A stretch of DNA of 64,000 bases from a virus, in the IMG/VR virus record IMGVR_UViG_3300032288_005579, one strand, 5' to 3'. Below are positions 1-10,300 of the stretch, piece by piece. The stretch's first letter is position 1, and every line of letters begins with the position of its first letter. The notes beneath the pieces were generated by a model, which was given only the letters and a program-made list of their open reading frames with translations, was not told the origin of the DNA and searched no databases. A program made the position numbers and the translations under genes.

Positions 1-97
1 ACCTATACTATCTACCGTTCAAGACGCTTTTACAATTCTAGAGAAGACACAGTTGGACGCATTAGTAATAGAAAATACCTACATCAAAAAATTATGA
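1..97 (+). CDS. C-terminal fragment of a NodU/CmcH-family carbamoyltransferase (gene starts before the window)
   Basis: Frame starting at nt 2 reads PILSTVQDAFTILEKTQLDALVIENTYIKKL*, resembling the Carbam_trans_C terminus (PIVxTPxDAxxxFxxTxLDxLVIxN); its stop overlaps the next ATG (ATGA, 94-97). Not in the ORF track. Confidence 0.65.
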   Translation, partial: PILSTVQDAFTILEKTQLDALVIENTYIKKL

Positions 98-1902
98 ACC
101 TACCAGAAAATTTAAAAGATATATTCAATAAAGTCAGAAGCTTATCAAATGAAGAGTTTAGTACGCTTGTTTCCGCTTTACAAGAAGCTCCTAAAAAAAT
201 GGAAATATTGAATAAAGAACTCACAGTTGTCACTGGTTTATGGAACATAAATAGACCCGGTAGAGATTTCTCCCACTACATAGAGCACTTTGAGAAGTTT
301 CTACAAATCCCAGTCAACATGTTTATATACATACCTCAAGAATACGAATACTTGGTATGGAAACACAGAGATCGAGAGAATACATACGTAAAGATATATG
401 AATTAGACGATGTAAAACGTCTGTATGAACCTTTTTGGGAAAATACCCAAAACATTCGAAATAATCCCGAGTGGTTGAATCAAACCGGCGAAAACGGTTG
501 GTTGAAAGGTTCGCCGCAAGCGTCTATAGAGTTTTACAATCCTATAGTACAATCAAAGATGTTCATGTTGAGCGATGCGACTATATGGGATCCTTTCCAA
601 TCCGAGTATTTTATGTGGCTAGACGCGGGCATAACAAATACTGTATGGGAAAATTATATGATAAACGATCGAGTTCTCGATAAAATCAATAAACATCTTG
701 ACGCGTTTTTATTTCTTTCATATCCATACGAAACGCAAGAAGAAATTCACGGATTTAGAAAGAACGAGATGGATAAAATGGCAGGAAAATCTGTCAAATA
801 TGTTTGCCGAGGGGGATTATTCGGAGGAAGAAAAGAATTAATAAGATCAGCGAATGCAGAATACTATACGTTGCTTGATTCCTCATTATCTCGAGGTTTT
901 ATGGGAACCGAAGAGAGTATTTTTACAATAATGTCCTATCTAAATCCATATAATTATAGACGATACGAACTTGACTCAAATGGGTTGATAGTAAAGTACA
1001 TACAGAATTTGGCGCAGGATACAGCCGAACTAGCTTCCACCCCCGAAAGGAATGTCAGTATAAAGAACAACAATCCAGCGATAAATCATTTAAAAACTTC
1101 GCTGTACATGTTGACTTTCAATTTCCCTGAACAGGTCGAACACACTCTTAAAACATTTGAAGACAATTCGCCTGATTGGTTAAAGAAAACTAGAAAAATT
1201 CTTATAGATAATTCTACTAACGATGAGGCTAGAATAAAAAATAGAGAGATCTCAGATAAATGGGGATTTGAACACATAATTAGGAATGAAAATACGGGCA
1301 TCAACGGAGGTCGTCAATTTGCCGCTGAACATTTTGATGCTTCTGATAGCGACTACTACTTCTTTTTTGAAGACGATATGGGACTTCACCCTTCCACAGA
1401 AACAGGATACTGTAGAAACGGATTCAGAAAATATGTTCCTAATCTGTATAACAGTCTTCACAAGATCATGGTGAGAGAGAACTTCGATTTTTTGAAATTC
1501 TCATTCACAGAGGTTTATATGGACAATCACATACAGGTTTCTTGGTATAATGTACCACAAATAGTGAGAACACGGGATTTCCCAGACTACGATCAACTGC
1601 CTATAACGGGTTTCGATCCCAATGCACCAAGAACTAAATTTGAAAACATAGACGTTTTTGATGGATTAGCGTACATATCAGGAAACATTTATTACGCCAA
1701 TTGGCCTATGATAATGAGTAGAGAGGGCAATAAGAAAGTGTTTTTGACCACAACTTGGGGTAGACCTTACGAACAAACTTGGATGTCTTATGTATATCAA
1801 GAGTGTCTAGAGGGCCGAATAAAACCCGGAATCTTGTTAGCTTCACCAGTAAATCACAATAGAATATCGCATTATAAGCCTGAAGATCGGCGAGAAAACT
1901 AA
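94..1902 (+). CDS. HtrL/YibB-like domain fused to a GT-A (GT2-like) glycosyltransferase domain
   Basis: N-half: TVVTGLWNI, NPIVQSKMFM, WLDAG, CRGGLFGG, MGTEESIF (HtrL-like). C-half: LIDNS, RNENTGINGGRQ, FFEDD (DxD-type). Confidence 0.65.
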   Translation: MNLPENLKDIFNKVRSLSNEEFSTLVSALQEAPKKMEILNKELTVVTGLWNINRPGRDFSHYIEHFEKFLQIPVNMFIYIPQEYEYLVWKHRDRENTYVKIYELDDVKRLYEPFWENTQNIRNNPEWLNQTGENGWLKGSPQASIEFYNPIVQSKMFMLSDATIWDPFQSEYFMWLDAGITNTVWENYMINDRVLDKINKHLDAFLFLSYPYETQEEIHGFRKNEMDKMAGKSVKYVCRGGLFGGRKELIRSANAEYYTLLDSSLSRGFMGTEESIFTIMSYLNPYNYRRYELDSNGLIVKYIQNLAQDTAELASTPERNVSIKNNNPAINHLKTSLYMLTFNFPEQVEHTLKTFEDNSPDWLKKTRKILIDNSTNDEARIKNREISDKWGFEHIIRNENTGINGGRQFAAEHFDASDSDYYFFFEDDMGLHPSTETGYCRNGFRKYVPNLYNSLHKIMVRENFDFLKFSFTEVYMDNHIQVSWYNVPQIVRTRDFPDYDQLPITGFDPNAPRTKFENIDVFDGLAYISGNIYYANWPMIMSREGNKKVFLTTTWGRPYEQTWMSYVYQECLEGRIKPGILLASPVNHNRISHYKPEDRREN

Positions 1903-1920
1903 TTTTTCAACAATAGTCTA

Positions 1921-1928
1921 TATTTATA
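1921..1928 (+). promoter_or_regulatory. TATTTATA phage promoter-like motif (first of at least 12 intergenic copies)
   Basis: ATATTTAT(A/T) recurs 12-46 nt before starts at 1921, 2553, 4543, 5136, 6129, 7279, 20512, 25333, 31847, 32147, 41647 and 63938. Confidence 0.7.
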
Positions 1929-1945
1929 AATAAAATCTACAAACC

Positions 1946-2275
1946 GTGGGAATCCTATTTTTTACTGTATTGGCGATCATCATTGGAATAGTAGTAATAT
2001 CTTACTTTGCCTATTTTATACAGAAGAAGGACGAGATGCAAGAAGCGGCGATAATAAATGCTGTGGACGAATCCAAAGAAGAAGAGAAGCTGGTAGAACA
2101 ACCTCTTCCCGTAGTAATTGAAAATCCTGCAGTAGATCCTATAGTAGAAGTCAAAACGCCTCTTGAGGGTTTATTAAATCAAGCTCAAGTCAACGAATTA
2201 AAAAAGAAGCGTAAACCCGCAGTTAAAAAAACCGTAAAAAAGACCTCCAAAACTAGGTCTAAAAAGATAAAATAA
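1946..2275 (+). CDS. Hypothetical membrane protein with a Lys-rich C-terminal tail
   Basis: GTG start, N-terminal hydrophobic helix, KKKRKPAVKKTVKK tail; preceded by TATTTATA. Confidence 0.7.
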   Translation: MGILFFTVLAIIIGIVVISYFAYFIQKKDEMQEAAIINAVDESKEEEKLVEQPLPVVIENPAVDPIVEVKTPLEGLLNQAQVNELKKKRKPAVKKTVKKTSKTRSKKIK

Positions 2276-2530
2276 ATGTTTCAAAATCAAGAGAAAACCA
2301 AGTTATCCGACAACGAACTGCAACTAATAAAACTTATTAGGCAGGATAGTTTTGAAGCTGCATCAGCTCTTGGAGAGCTTATGTACCAAAGCACGTTACT
2401 CGAACACCAGATAAAGGGCGTAAAAACCCGGGTTATTGAGATAAAGGATAGGGAAAATTCCTTGCTTGAAGAACTTAAAGAAAAGTATGGAAACGTTACG
2501 ATAAATATAGAGACTGGTGAAATTGAGTAG
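2276..2530 (+). CDS. Hypothetical coiled-coil protein
   Basis: 84 aa, abuts the upstream stop; ends LKEKYGNVTINIETGEI. Confidence 0.7.
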   Translation: MFQNQEKTKLSDNELQLIKLIRQDSFEAASALGELMYQSTLLEHQIKGVKTRVIEIKDRENSLLEELKEKYGNVTINIETGEIE

Positions 2531-2583
2531 TTTGTTTTGACCGAGAACAACATATTTATTGCTAGAACAAACTAAAAAAACAA

Positions 2584-4359
2584 ATGGCATCAGAAACCTT
2601 GATTTCACCGGGTGTTTTCCTACAAGAAAACGACTTATCGCAGATAACCCAGGGTCCCGTACAAGTGGGTGCGGCCTTAATAGGTCCCACAGTCTCAGGA
2701 GAAGTTAATATCCCCACAGTAGTAACTACCTATTCACAGTACAAATCTAAATTTGGATCTACCTTCGTTTCAGGAGGAAGCGTATTGGAATACTTAACAA
2801 GCATCGCTGCTCTAAACTATTTTGAACAGGGCGGTGATTCACTTCTTGTTACTAGAGTGGCATCAGGATCTTACACCCCTGCCACCGCTTCAATTTACAC
2901 TCAGGATCCTTCAGTAGTTGCCTTTGTGTTAGAAACACTTACGCCTGGGGTTGTAATGAACAACCAATCTCCGGCTTCCTCAGTTGTCAGCGGATCCCTA
3001 CCTAGTGGATCTAACGTCAACGTACGTTGGGAAGTAGTAAGCTCTAATTCAGGATCTGGATTATTCTCTTTGGTAATTCGCAGAGGAGACGATAGCGAAA
3101 CCAACAAAACCATATTGGAAACTTGGACTAACTTGTCCTTGGATCCTAACGAACCTAACTACGTTGCTTTCGTGATCGGCGATCAAACAAAGAACGTACA
3201 ACTCGACGAGAACGGTAACTACTACGTACAGACTTCCGGATCCTACTCCAACAAGAGTAGCTACGTCAGAGTCAAATCTGTAGCTTCTAGTACGCCTAAC
3301 TACTTCAACAACAACGGCATAGCAAGAACTGAATTCACCGGTTCAATGCCTAAAATAGGTTCAGGCTCCACTCACGGATCCTTTGGAACCGCTGAAGGCG
3401 CGCTTTACGGAGGTCAAATAGTAAACAATACCCCGAACAATCCACTGAACATGTACGAGTCCATACCGAACACTACTTCGGACACAGTGGCCGAGAACAT
3501 TCAGGGCATACAAGCAGCTCAATACAATACTGCTATCAACATGTTAGCAAACAAGGACGCTTATAGATTTAACGTCATATACGCTCCTGGTATAAATTCT
3601 CAAAACGCGCCTTCTCAAATCTCTAACATACTTGCTCTCGCTTCCGATAGAGGCGATGCAATCGCAGTCGTTGACATGGTGTCTTACGCTCAAAGCAAGA
3701 CACAAGTCATCACGCAAGCCGCTAACTACGACAACTCATACGGAGCGACCTACTGGCCTTGGGTACAAATCAGAAGCCGCGAAACAGGTAAACTGAACTT
3801 CGTACCTGCTTCCACACTGATCCCTGCCATCTACGAGTACAATGATAAGGTTGCAGCAGAATGGTTCGCGCCTGCCGGTTTGAATCGTGGTGGTATGGCA
3901 ACGGTAATCCAGCCTGAGCGCAGAGTGAGCGTAGAAGACAGGAACTTCCTGTATCAAGGCAAAGTGAACCCGATCGCGGTGTTCCCTGGAGTTGGTACGG
4001 TTGTTTACGGTCAAAAGACTCTCCAGTCCAAGGCATCCGCCCTCGACAGAGTTAACGTACGCAGATTGCTCATCTCTTTGAAGAGCTACATCGGTCAAGT
4101 CGGTGAGAGCCTAGTATTCGAACCCAATACCCAGGTAACTCGTAATAGATTCTTGAACCAGGTTAACCCTTATCTAGAGTACGTACAACAGCGTCAGGGT
4201 CTCTATGCGTTCCAAGTGACTATGGACGAGAGCAACAACACGCCTGATGTAATCGATCGCAACCAACTCGTTGGTACAATCTACCTGCAGCCTACAAGAG
4301 CGGCCGAATTCATCTACCTGAACTTCAACGTGCTGCCGACTGGAACAAGCTTTTCTTAA
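2584..4359 (+). CDS. Tail sheath protein (T4 gp18-like)
   Basis: SPGVFLQENDLS start, WFAPAGLNRG, GQKTLQ...ALDRVNVRRLL, FEPNTQVTR, IYLQPTRAAEFIYLNF. Confidence 0.95.
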   Translation: MASETLISPGVFLQENDLSQITQGPVQVGAALIGPTVSGEVNIPTVVTTYSQYKSKFGSTFVSGGSVLEYLTSIAALNYFEQGGDSLLVTRVASGSYTPATASIYTQDPSVVAFVLETLTPGVVMNNQSPASSVVSGSLPSGSNVNVRWEVVSSNSGSGLFSLVIRRGDDSETNKTILETWTNLSLDPNEPNYVAFVIGDQTKNVQLDENGNYYVQTSGSYSNKSSYVRVKSVASSTPNYFNNNGIARTEFTGSMPKIGSGSTHGSFGTAEGALYGGQIVNNTPNNPLNMYESIPNTTSDTVAENIQGIQAAQYNTAINMLANKDAYRFNVIYAPGINSQNAPSQISNILALASDRGDAIAVVDMVSYAQSKTQVITQAANYDNSYGATYWPWVQIRSRETGKLNFVPASTLIPAIYEYNDKVAAEWFAPAGLNRGGMATVIQPERRVSVEDRNFLYQGKVNPIAVFPGVGTVVYGQKTLQSKASALDRVNVRRLLISLKSYIGQVGESLVFEPNTQVTRNRFLNQVNPYLEYVQQRQGLYAFQVTMDESNNTPDVIDRNQLVGTIYLQPTRAAEFIYLNFNVLPTGTSFS

Positions 4360-4376
4360 TTGATTAAATATAACAA

Positions 4377-4535
4377 ATGATGAAAAATTTAAGTGGCCTT
4401 TCCGACGACACCCGATTGAGAGTTAGAGTTCCCAAAGCCCTCTACGAGAGCATCAAGAAGCAACTCGATAAGAAGAGACTGTTCGAAGCAAAGGAAAAAA
4501 AGAAGGTTTCTGAAAACAAGAAAAAGAAAAAGTAG
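4377..4535 (+). CDS. Small basic protein, possible ribbon-helix-helix DNA-binding protein
   Basis: MMKNLSGLSDDTRLRVRVPKALYESIKKQLDKKRLFEAKEKKKVSENKKKKK* fills the sheath-tube gap; below the ORF-track cutoff. Confidence 0.55.
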   Translation: MMKNLSGLSDDTRLRVRVPKALYESIKKQLDKKRLFEAKEKKKVSENKKKKK

Positions 4536-4576
4536 TTTTCGATATTTATAGACAGAAAACGTAAACACACAATAAG

Positions 4577-5062
4577 ATGCCTGTATTAGATCCTTCAGAA
4601 ATAATGTTTACCGCGTTCGAACCCATAGTTCAGAACAGGTTCGTATTTTACATCGACGGTATTCCGTCCTTCATCATAAAGAAGGCCGATGCCCCGGGCG
4701 TAGACCAGGGCGAAATCAAGATCGACCACATCAACGTATACCGTAAGATCAAAGGTAAGGCGATGTGGAGGGATCTCGTACTGCAACTCTACAACCCCGT
4801 AACCCCTTCCGGCCAACAGGCTGTGATGGAATGGGTTCGCCTGCATCACGAATCCGTAACCGGTCGCGATGGCTACTCCGACTTCTACAAAAAGGACTGC
4901 AGCATGAATATTCTGGGTCCCGTCGGTGACATCGTTTCCGAGTGGATCGTTAAAGGCGCTTTCATTAAAGCTACGAACTTCGGATCCTACGACTGGTCAA
5001 ACACCGAGACATCCATCTTGGAATTAACTCTCGGCATGGATTACTGCATACTCAACTTCTAA
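4577..5062 (+). CDS. Tail tube protein (T4 gp19-like)
   Basis: 161 aa directly after the sheath; FEPIVQNRF, IDHINVYRKIKGK, EWIVKGAFI; follows a TATTTATA motif. Confidence 0.9.
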   Translation: MPVLDPSEIMFTAFEPIVQNRFVFYIDGIPSFIIKKADAPGVDQGEIKIDHINVYRKIKGKAMWRDLVLQLYNPVTPSGQQAVMEWVRLHHESVTGRDGYSDFYKKDCSMNILGPVGDIVSEWIVKGAFIKATNFGSYDWSNTETSILELTLGMDYCILNF

Positions 5063-5085
5063 AAGGGCGAGTTCGATTTTGCAAG

Positions 5086-5110
5086 AAACCCCTCTTTTGA
5101 GGGGTTTTTT
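5086..5110 (+). terminator. Rho-independent terminator after the tail tube gene
   Basis: AAACCCCTC-TTTT-GAGGGGTTT followed by a T run. Confidence 0.85.
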
Positions 5111-5155
5111 ATTGCGTAAAAGTGAAGTACGCATATATTTATAATTAAATAAGTC

Positions 5156-6112
5156 ATGACAGTCTATCATCTGGAAAACGTAAGTTATCTCAAAAAGACT
5201 TGGGATGTCGTATTTGCAGAGCTTGTTAAACACCTAAAAAACAAACACAGCGCAAAAGTAGTATACGATGGAAACACTCCAGATATAGAGCGTACTTTGT
5301 ACATTCCTGAATTGAATTACCAAATGAAGGACTGTGAATTGGTTATATACGACGAACACAAGGACTCCTTCAAAGCCATAAGTTTCAGCGAACACAAGAC
5401 AAACATTTGGAACGCTTTCGAAAAACGCAACAACAAGAACGATCTACTGCTAATAACCCAGTTCTACGATTGGTTTAATAAAGAGTGCGAAACTGGTGAA
5501 TTCAAACACGATTTGTCTCACTGTAAATTCTCGGTAGGTTCTACAGTATTTTATCCTCTCTGGACAAATATAGACTACGAAGAAATATACAGTAGAAGAA
5601 AGGCCAAGAAACCAGAGGAGTTTGTGGATAAAATGTTCATGTTATTTGGTACCCACAGATCTGATCCTTTTGAATTGTCAAAGCGGGGATATCTAAACGA
5701 AATGGTGGGGTTTTTAGAACAACCGGAATACTTCGATGCTCTAATAAATCACAAAGTTGGTCTATCCATAGCCACAGTAGCAGATTTTTGTTATCGTGAC
5801 ATAGAATACATGGCAATAGGAATGCCTTACATACGAGTGGAATACATAAATGAGTTCGATCCCCCGTTGATTCCGAATTTTCACTACGTTTCTATAGACA
5901 GAGAGAAGAACGGATTACCCCATAATTCGGGTTTAGATAGGGAAGGCAGCGAAAAGCACGTAGAAGCCTATATAAAAAGATTTTTAGAGGTGAAAGAAGA
6001 CACCGCGTTTTTAGAATTTGTGGCTAATAACGCTAGGGAATACTACGTTAAGTACTGCAGTCCAAAAAATAGGATACCGCACTTGCTAAATCTTCTTAGA
6101 ATCAGAGATTGA
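5156..6112 (+). CDS. GT-B-like (CgeB/Glyco_trans_1_2-like) putative glycosyltransferase
   Basis: C-terminal YFDALINHKVGLSIATVADFCYRDIEYMAIGMP resembles the GT-B nucleotide-sugar-binding segment. Confidence 0.5.
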   Translation: MTVYHLENVSYLKKTWDVVFAELVKHLKNKHSAKVVYDGNTPDIERTLYIPELNYQMKDCELVIYDEHKDSFKAISFSEHKTNIWNAFEKRNNKNDLLLITQFYDWFNKECETGEFKHDLSHCKFSVGSTVFYPLWTNIDYEEIYSRRKAKKPEEFVDKMFMLFGTHRSDPFELSKRGYLNEMVGFLEQPEYFDALINHKVGLSIATVADFCYRDIEYMAIGMPYIRVEYINEFDPPLIPNFHYVSIDREKNGLPHNSGLDREGSEKHVEAYIKRFLEVKEDTAFLEFVANNAREYYVKYCSPKNRIPHLLNLLRIRD

Positions 6113-6152
6113 AAATTTCACATACATATATTTATAATAAACAAAACCATTT

Positions 6153-6917
6153 ATGTCAGACAAAAAATACGCAGTTCCAACAGAAATTATTGACCTACCT
6201 TCAAAGGGTGTGTTGTATTCGCCTTTAAATCCGTTGTGTTCGGGTTCGGTCGAAATGAAATACATGACCGCCAAAGAGGAAGACATCCTAACGAACGTTA
6301 ACCTACTTAGACAGGGGTTAGCCATAGAAACGGTGTTGAAATCGCTCATAGTCACAAAGATAAACTACGACGAATTGATCATTGGCGACAGAAACGCGCT
6401 GTTAGTCGCGGCACGCATCCTCGCTTACGGTAAGGACTACGCTTTCGAATACGTAAATCCCAATACTAACGAAAAAGAGTTGGTTACGGTGGATCTGTCA
6501 GAACTAAAATACAAAGAGATCGACTTTGACAAACTCAACGACAAGAACGAGTTCACATTCAAGTTGCCAAAAACGGACAATGTGGTTACCTATAAGATTT
6601 TGACCGTGGCCGACGATAAGGCGATAGAACGTGAAGCAAAGAGCATGAAGAAAGCCCTCAACACAGACGTGGGTATGATGAGTTTAAGGCTCAAGAAGCA
6701 GATAACTTCCGTAAACGGTGACAGCTCAGAGAAAGCCATTCGTGAATTCGTTGACGGTGGGCACCTTCTAGCTATGGATTCCAGAGCCTTAAGAACTGAC
6801 ATGACAAGAAACACACCGGACATCGATATGACATCGCTGGTGACTCTCAGGGACGGTTCTGACCTAAACGTCGATATTCCTATTACTGCAGAATTCTTCT
6901 TCCCAGGTACTGAATAA
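6153..6917 (+). CDS. Baseplate hub assembly protein / tail assembly chaperone (T4 gp26-like)
   Basis: PTEIIDLPSKG, MKYMTAKEEDILT, GDRNALLVAARILAYG, DSRALR; lies between tube and tape measure. Confidence 0.8.
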   Translation: MSDKKYAVPTEIIDLPSKGVLYSPLNPLCSGSVEMKYMTAKEEDILTNVNLLRQGLAIETVLKSLIVTKINYDELIIGDRNALLVAARILAYGKDYAFEYVNPNTNEKELVTVDLSELKYKEIDFDKLNDKNEFTFKLPKTDNVVTYKILTVADDKAIEREAKSMKKALNTDVGMMSLRLKKQITSVNGDSSEKAIREFVDGGHLLAMDSRALRTDMTRNTPDIDMTSLVTLRDGSDLNVDIPITAEFFFPGTE

Positions 6918-6926
6918 ACAGCACCC

Positions 6927-7271
6927 ATGAAGGGCTTTTCCTATTATACCAGTCCACTGTTTCCTGGACCGGAATACAGAGCCGTGTTCATGAACGAGTG
7001 TTTTGAACTTGTTTACCACGGTCAGGGAGGTTTCACTTGGTACGATGTATGGAATATGCCGGTGAAGCACAGGAAGTTCAATCTAAAGAAGATACAGGAA
7101 TTCTTAGACAAGGTACAAGAGGAACGAGACGGAAAGAACCAGAAGCTCACTGAAAGGAGCGATTTTTCAAAATTGATTCCCCAAGAGGTTGCTAAAGCTG
7201 CGCAAAAGAGGCAACAAGACCGGGAATATATAGCTAAAGCGGGATCAAAAACCTCAACCAAAAAGCCTTAA
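6927..7271 (+). CDS. Second tail assembly chaperone segment (gp51-like / 'T' part of a G-GT pair)
   Basis: PEYRAVF...ELVYHGQGGFTWYDVWNMP...RKFNLKKI; same frame as the upstream gene and immediately before the tape measure. Confidence 0.7.
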   Translation: MKGFSYYTSPLFPGPEYRAVFMNECFELVYHGQGGFTWYDVWNMPVKHRKFNLKKIQEFLDKVQEERDGKNQKLTERSDFSKLIPQEVAKAAQKRQQDREYIAKAGSKTSTKKP

Positions 7272-7305
7272 AGCGTCATATTTATTTGTATAACGCAAAT
7301 TTTCC

Positions 7306-10300
7306 GTGGCAGTAGACAACGAAAAACCCGAACAACCGAAATCAGCGGCGGCACCTTCCCAAAAGGAGGATGCTCAAGATTTTTTAAAAGTTTTCAAGGA
7401 ACGATTAGGAATCGAACGCTCAATTCGTGACGAGGCCAAGTACAGTATACAAAACCTAGAAAAACAACTCCAAACAATACAGAAACAAAATGCCAAGTTA
7501 GAAAGTCAGAATCGTGATACGATAAACATAAAGACTATAAATTCCGAGATTCTAAGGAATAAACAGGATTTATACGTTACTACTGCAAAGATAGCTGATA
7601 AAGAGAAAGAGGTACTTAAAGGCGATCCTAAAAAGATTGAGGCATTTAAACAGCAAATGCAGGAACATGAAAAGCTAAAAAAAGCGGAAAAAAAGGCAGA
7701 AGACGAACTTAGAGAATCCGCAATAAAAGTAGAATCAGAAAAAAAGAAGTTAGGTGCAGCAGGCGCTGCTCAAGCAGAAAAAACGTTCTCTAAACAAAAA
7801 CAATTAACACAGGATCTAGCTTTTGCTGAGAGCGAAGCCAAAAGAAAGATAGAACTCGCAGATCAAAATCGAACGAAGGATATAGAGGCCACTGAAAAAG
7901 AGATGGCCTCGAAAAAAACAGATCTGCAAAAGAAAGTGCACCAAGATGGAGTAAAATTAGCGTCACTAGATAGATTACTAGATAATAAGAACCTGTCAGA
8001 GCAAAAAAGAGAAAAATTAGAAAGACAGAAATACGAGATAGAGAGTAACAAAAAACAAAGCGAAAACGAACTATCCCTAATAGACGAAACAAAGAAAAAG
8101 CGTCTAGACGCGTTTGAAGCAATACGAGCAAGAGAAGTAGAAGACGCACAATCCACCCTACAAACAACACAGAAGAACATAGCCGAAGAACAAAAGTTAC
8201 TTCAAGAAAATTTAACTGACGGAGAAAAAGCATACCAACAATCGTTAGAAACGATGGATGCGAAGCAGCAACAGCTTGATATCGCGAAGGACCAGTCACA
8301 GTTGAATTTAGATTCCATGGATGAAGAGGCTTTGACTCTTGCTGCGCTACAAAAACAAAAAGACGTAGAAGAAGCTCAGTTAGCAATTAACGAGAAGAGA
8401 AAACAACAAGAAGTTGAAGTCAGTGATACACTGGGTCTTACGGGAACATTAGCTCAAAAATTCACTGAAAAACTTGGAGTCGGAGAAGGCGTTTACAACG
8501 CAATGACCGAAAAGGCCCGTCAACTTGTAGAAGAGCAAGAAAAGAGCGGTAAAAAAATGGGACTCCTATCCAGCAGGTGGGAGGTTCTTAAAGCTGGTAT
8601 CAAGGCCGCGGGTCAAAATCTTAGAGACATGTGGAACGATCCCGTAGCAAGAGCTGCTATATTGGCAGGGATATTGAAGACCGCGTGGAACGGACTGCGC
8701 GCAGGATTCGATAAAGTCGGAGCTGCGGCTGCCGGCGCAGGAAACATGTTGAAGAAGATGTCTTCGGACTCAGCTTCAGTGTTCTCAGACCTAGCGAAAC
8801 CCGCTTTGGACATAGTAAGTAAGATACCGATGGTGGGTGGATTGATATCGGGAGTTTTAAGCGGTATCATAGCGGTAGTCGACATGGTCACGGGCATGAA
8901 CGATGCCCTGATAAAGACGGGAAGGACTCTCGGAATGACCTACGAACAGACTAAAGCGTTAAACCATCAATTCCAAAACTTTTCGGCTTCCTCTGGGGAC
9001 ATATTCAATAACTCCAAAAAACTTTTAGAGAGCTACGGAGAAATTTCTAAAGAGTTGGGAGTTATAACAACTCTGTCTAACCAAGATCTCACTACAAACA
9101 TAAAACTAAGAGATCTAGCGGGATTGGACGTCCAGACCCGTACGAAGTTGATGACCATCGCAAAGACGTCTGGAAAGGATGTACAAACGCTGACTTCCAA
9201 CATACTTGCTCAAACAACGGCTCTTCAAAAACAGACGGGAATACAACTGAACAATCAAAAAGTTCTAGCTGAAGTGACAAAACTGTCAGGCGTTCTAGGG
9301 TTACAGTTCTCAAAGTTCCCAGAGAAGATAACCGCTGCATACGTACAGATGAAGGCTTTGGGAATGGAACTCACTTCTCTTGATCAAAAAGCCGACGGAT
9401 TCTTAAATTTCCAAGACAGTATACAAAAAGAATTCGAAGCACAGTTGTTGACAGGAAAGGATCTCAATCTCATGAAGGTTCGTGAGTTGATGTTGAACAA
9501 CAAGATAGCGGATGCAGGACTTTTAATTGCCAAACAAGTGGGAAGCTCGAAAGACTTCCTAAAGATGAATAGGTTGGAAGCGCAGTCGTACGCCGCAGCC
9601 ATGGAAATGACTAGAGACGAAGTCGCTAACATGCTTAGAGATCAAGAGGCCATGGCGGCTTTTGGAGCTAATAGTACTAAGGAAGTGCAAAAACAGGTCG
9701 AATTGTTAAGACAACAGGGTAAAGAACACGAAGCTATTGCCAAATTAGGAAGTAGAGAGGCTTACGATGCTATGACTAAGGCCACTTTACAAGAAAAGAT
9801 CGCTGCATTCATAGAGAAGATAAAACAGTCTCTTGCCGATTTCGTAGAGAGAACGGGATTGATCGAAAAAATCGAAAAGATGTTCAAGTGGTTGGAAGAT
9901 CCTTCGAAGATAAGAGGTGTGATATTCGCTGTTAGAGACGCGTTCGCTGGCATAGTAGATATCATGATGTCCGTAGTAGGCGGAATAATGACTGCTCTTA
10001 GTAAGTGGCCATTTAACGCAGTTAGTTCTGACGAACTTTTTAAGTTCAGAGATATGCAAAAATCCATATCTAAAAACATTCGTAGCGTTGGAACTGAAGC
10101 TTTACAAGACGCAGGACAAGAACAAAAAGGAAAAGACCCAAATAAAAAAGAATTTGCTTTAGGCGGATACACTGGAGACGGACCTAAAAATAAGATAGCT
10201 GGTTTGGTTCACGCTCAAGAGTACGTTGTAAACGCTGATCAGTTAGAAAAATTGGGAGGAGTGGTGAACTTCCAAAAAACTCTTAGTGAATTGTTAATGT

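Noticed and set aside
2528-6917. Stop-codon reassignment (alternative genetic code)
   Set aside because: TAG, TGA and TAA all end genes at positions followed closely by new starts or intergenic signals, and conserved proteins are full length in code 11.
6891-6917. Classical -1 frameshift at the tail chaperone junction
   Set aside because: No XXXYYYZ slippery site, and both shifted frames meet stops before the downstream ORF, which is in frame 0.
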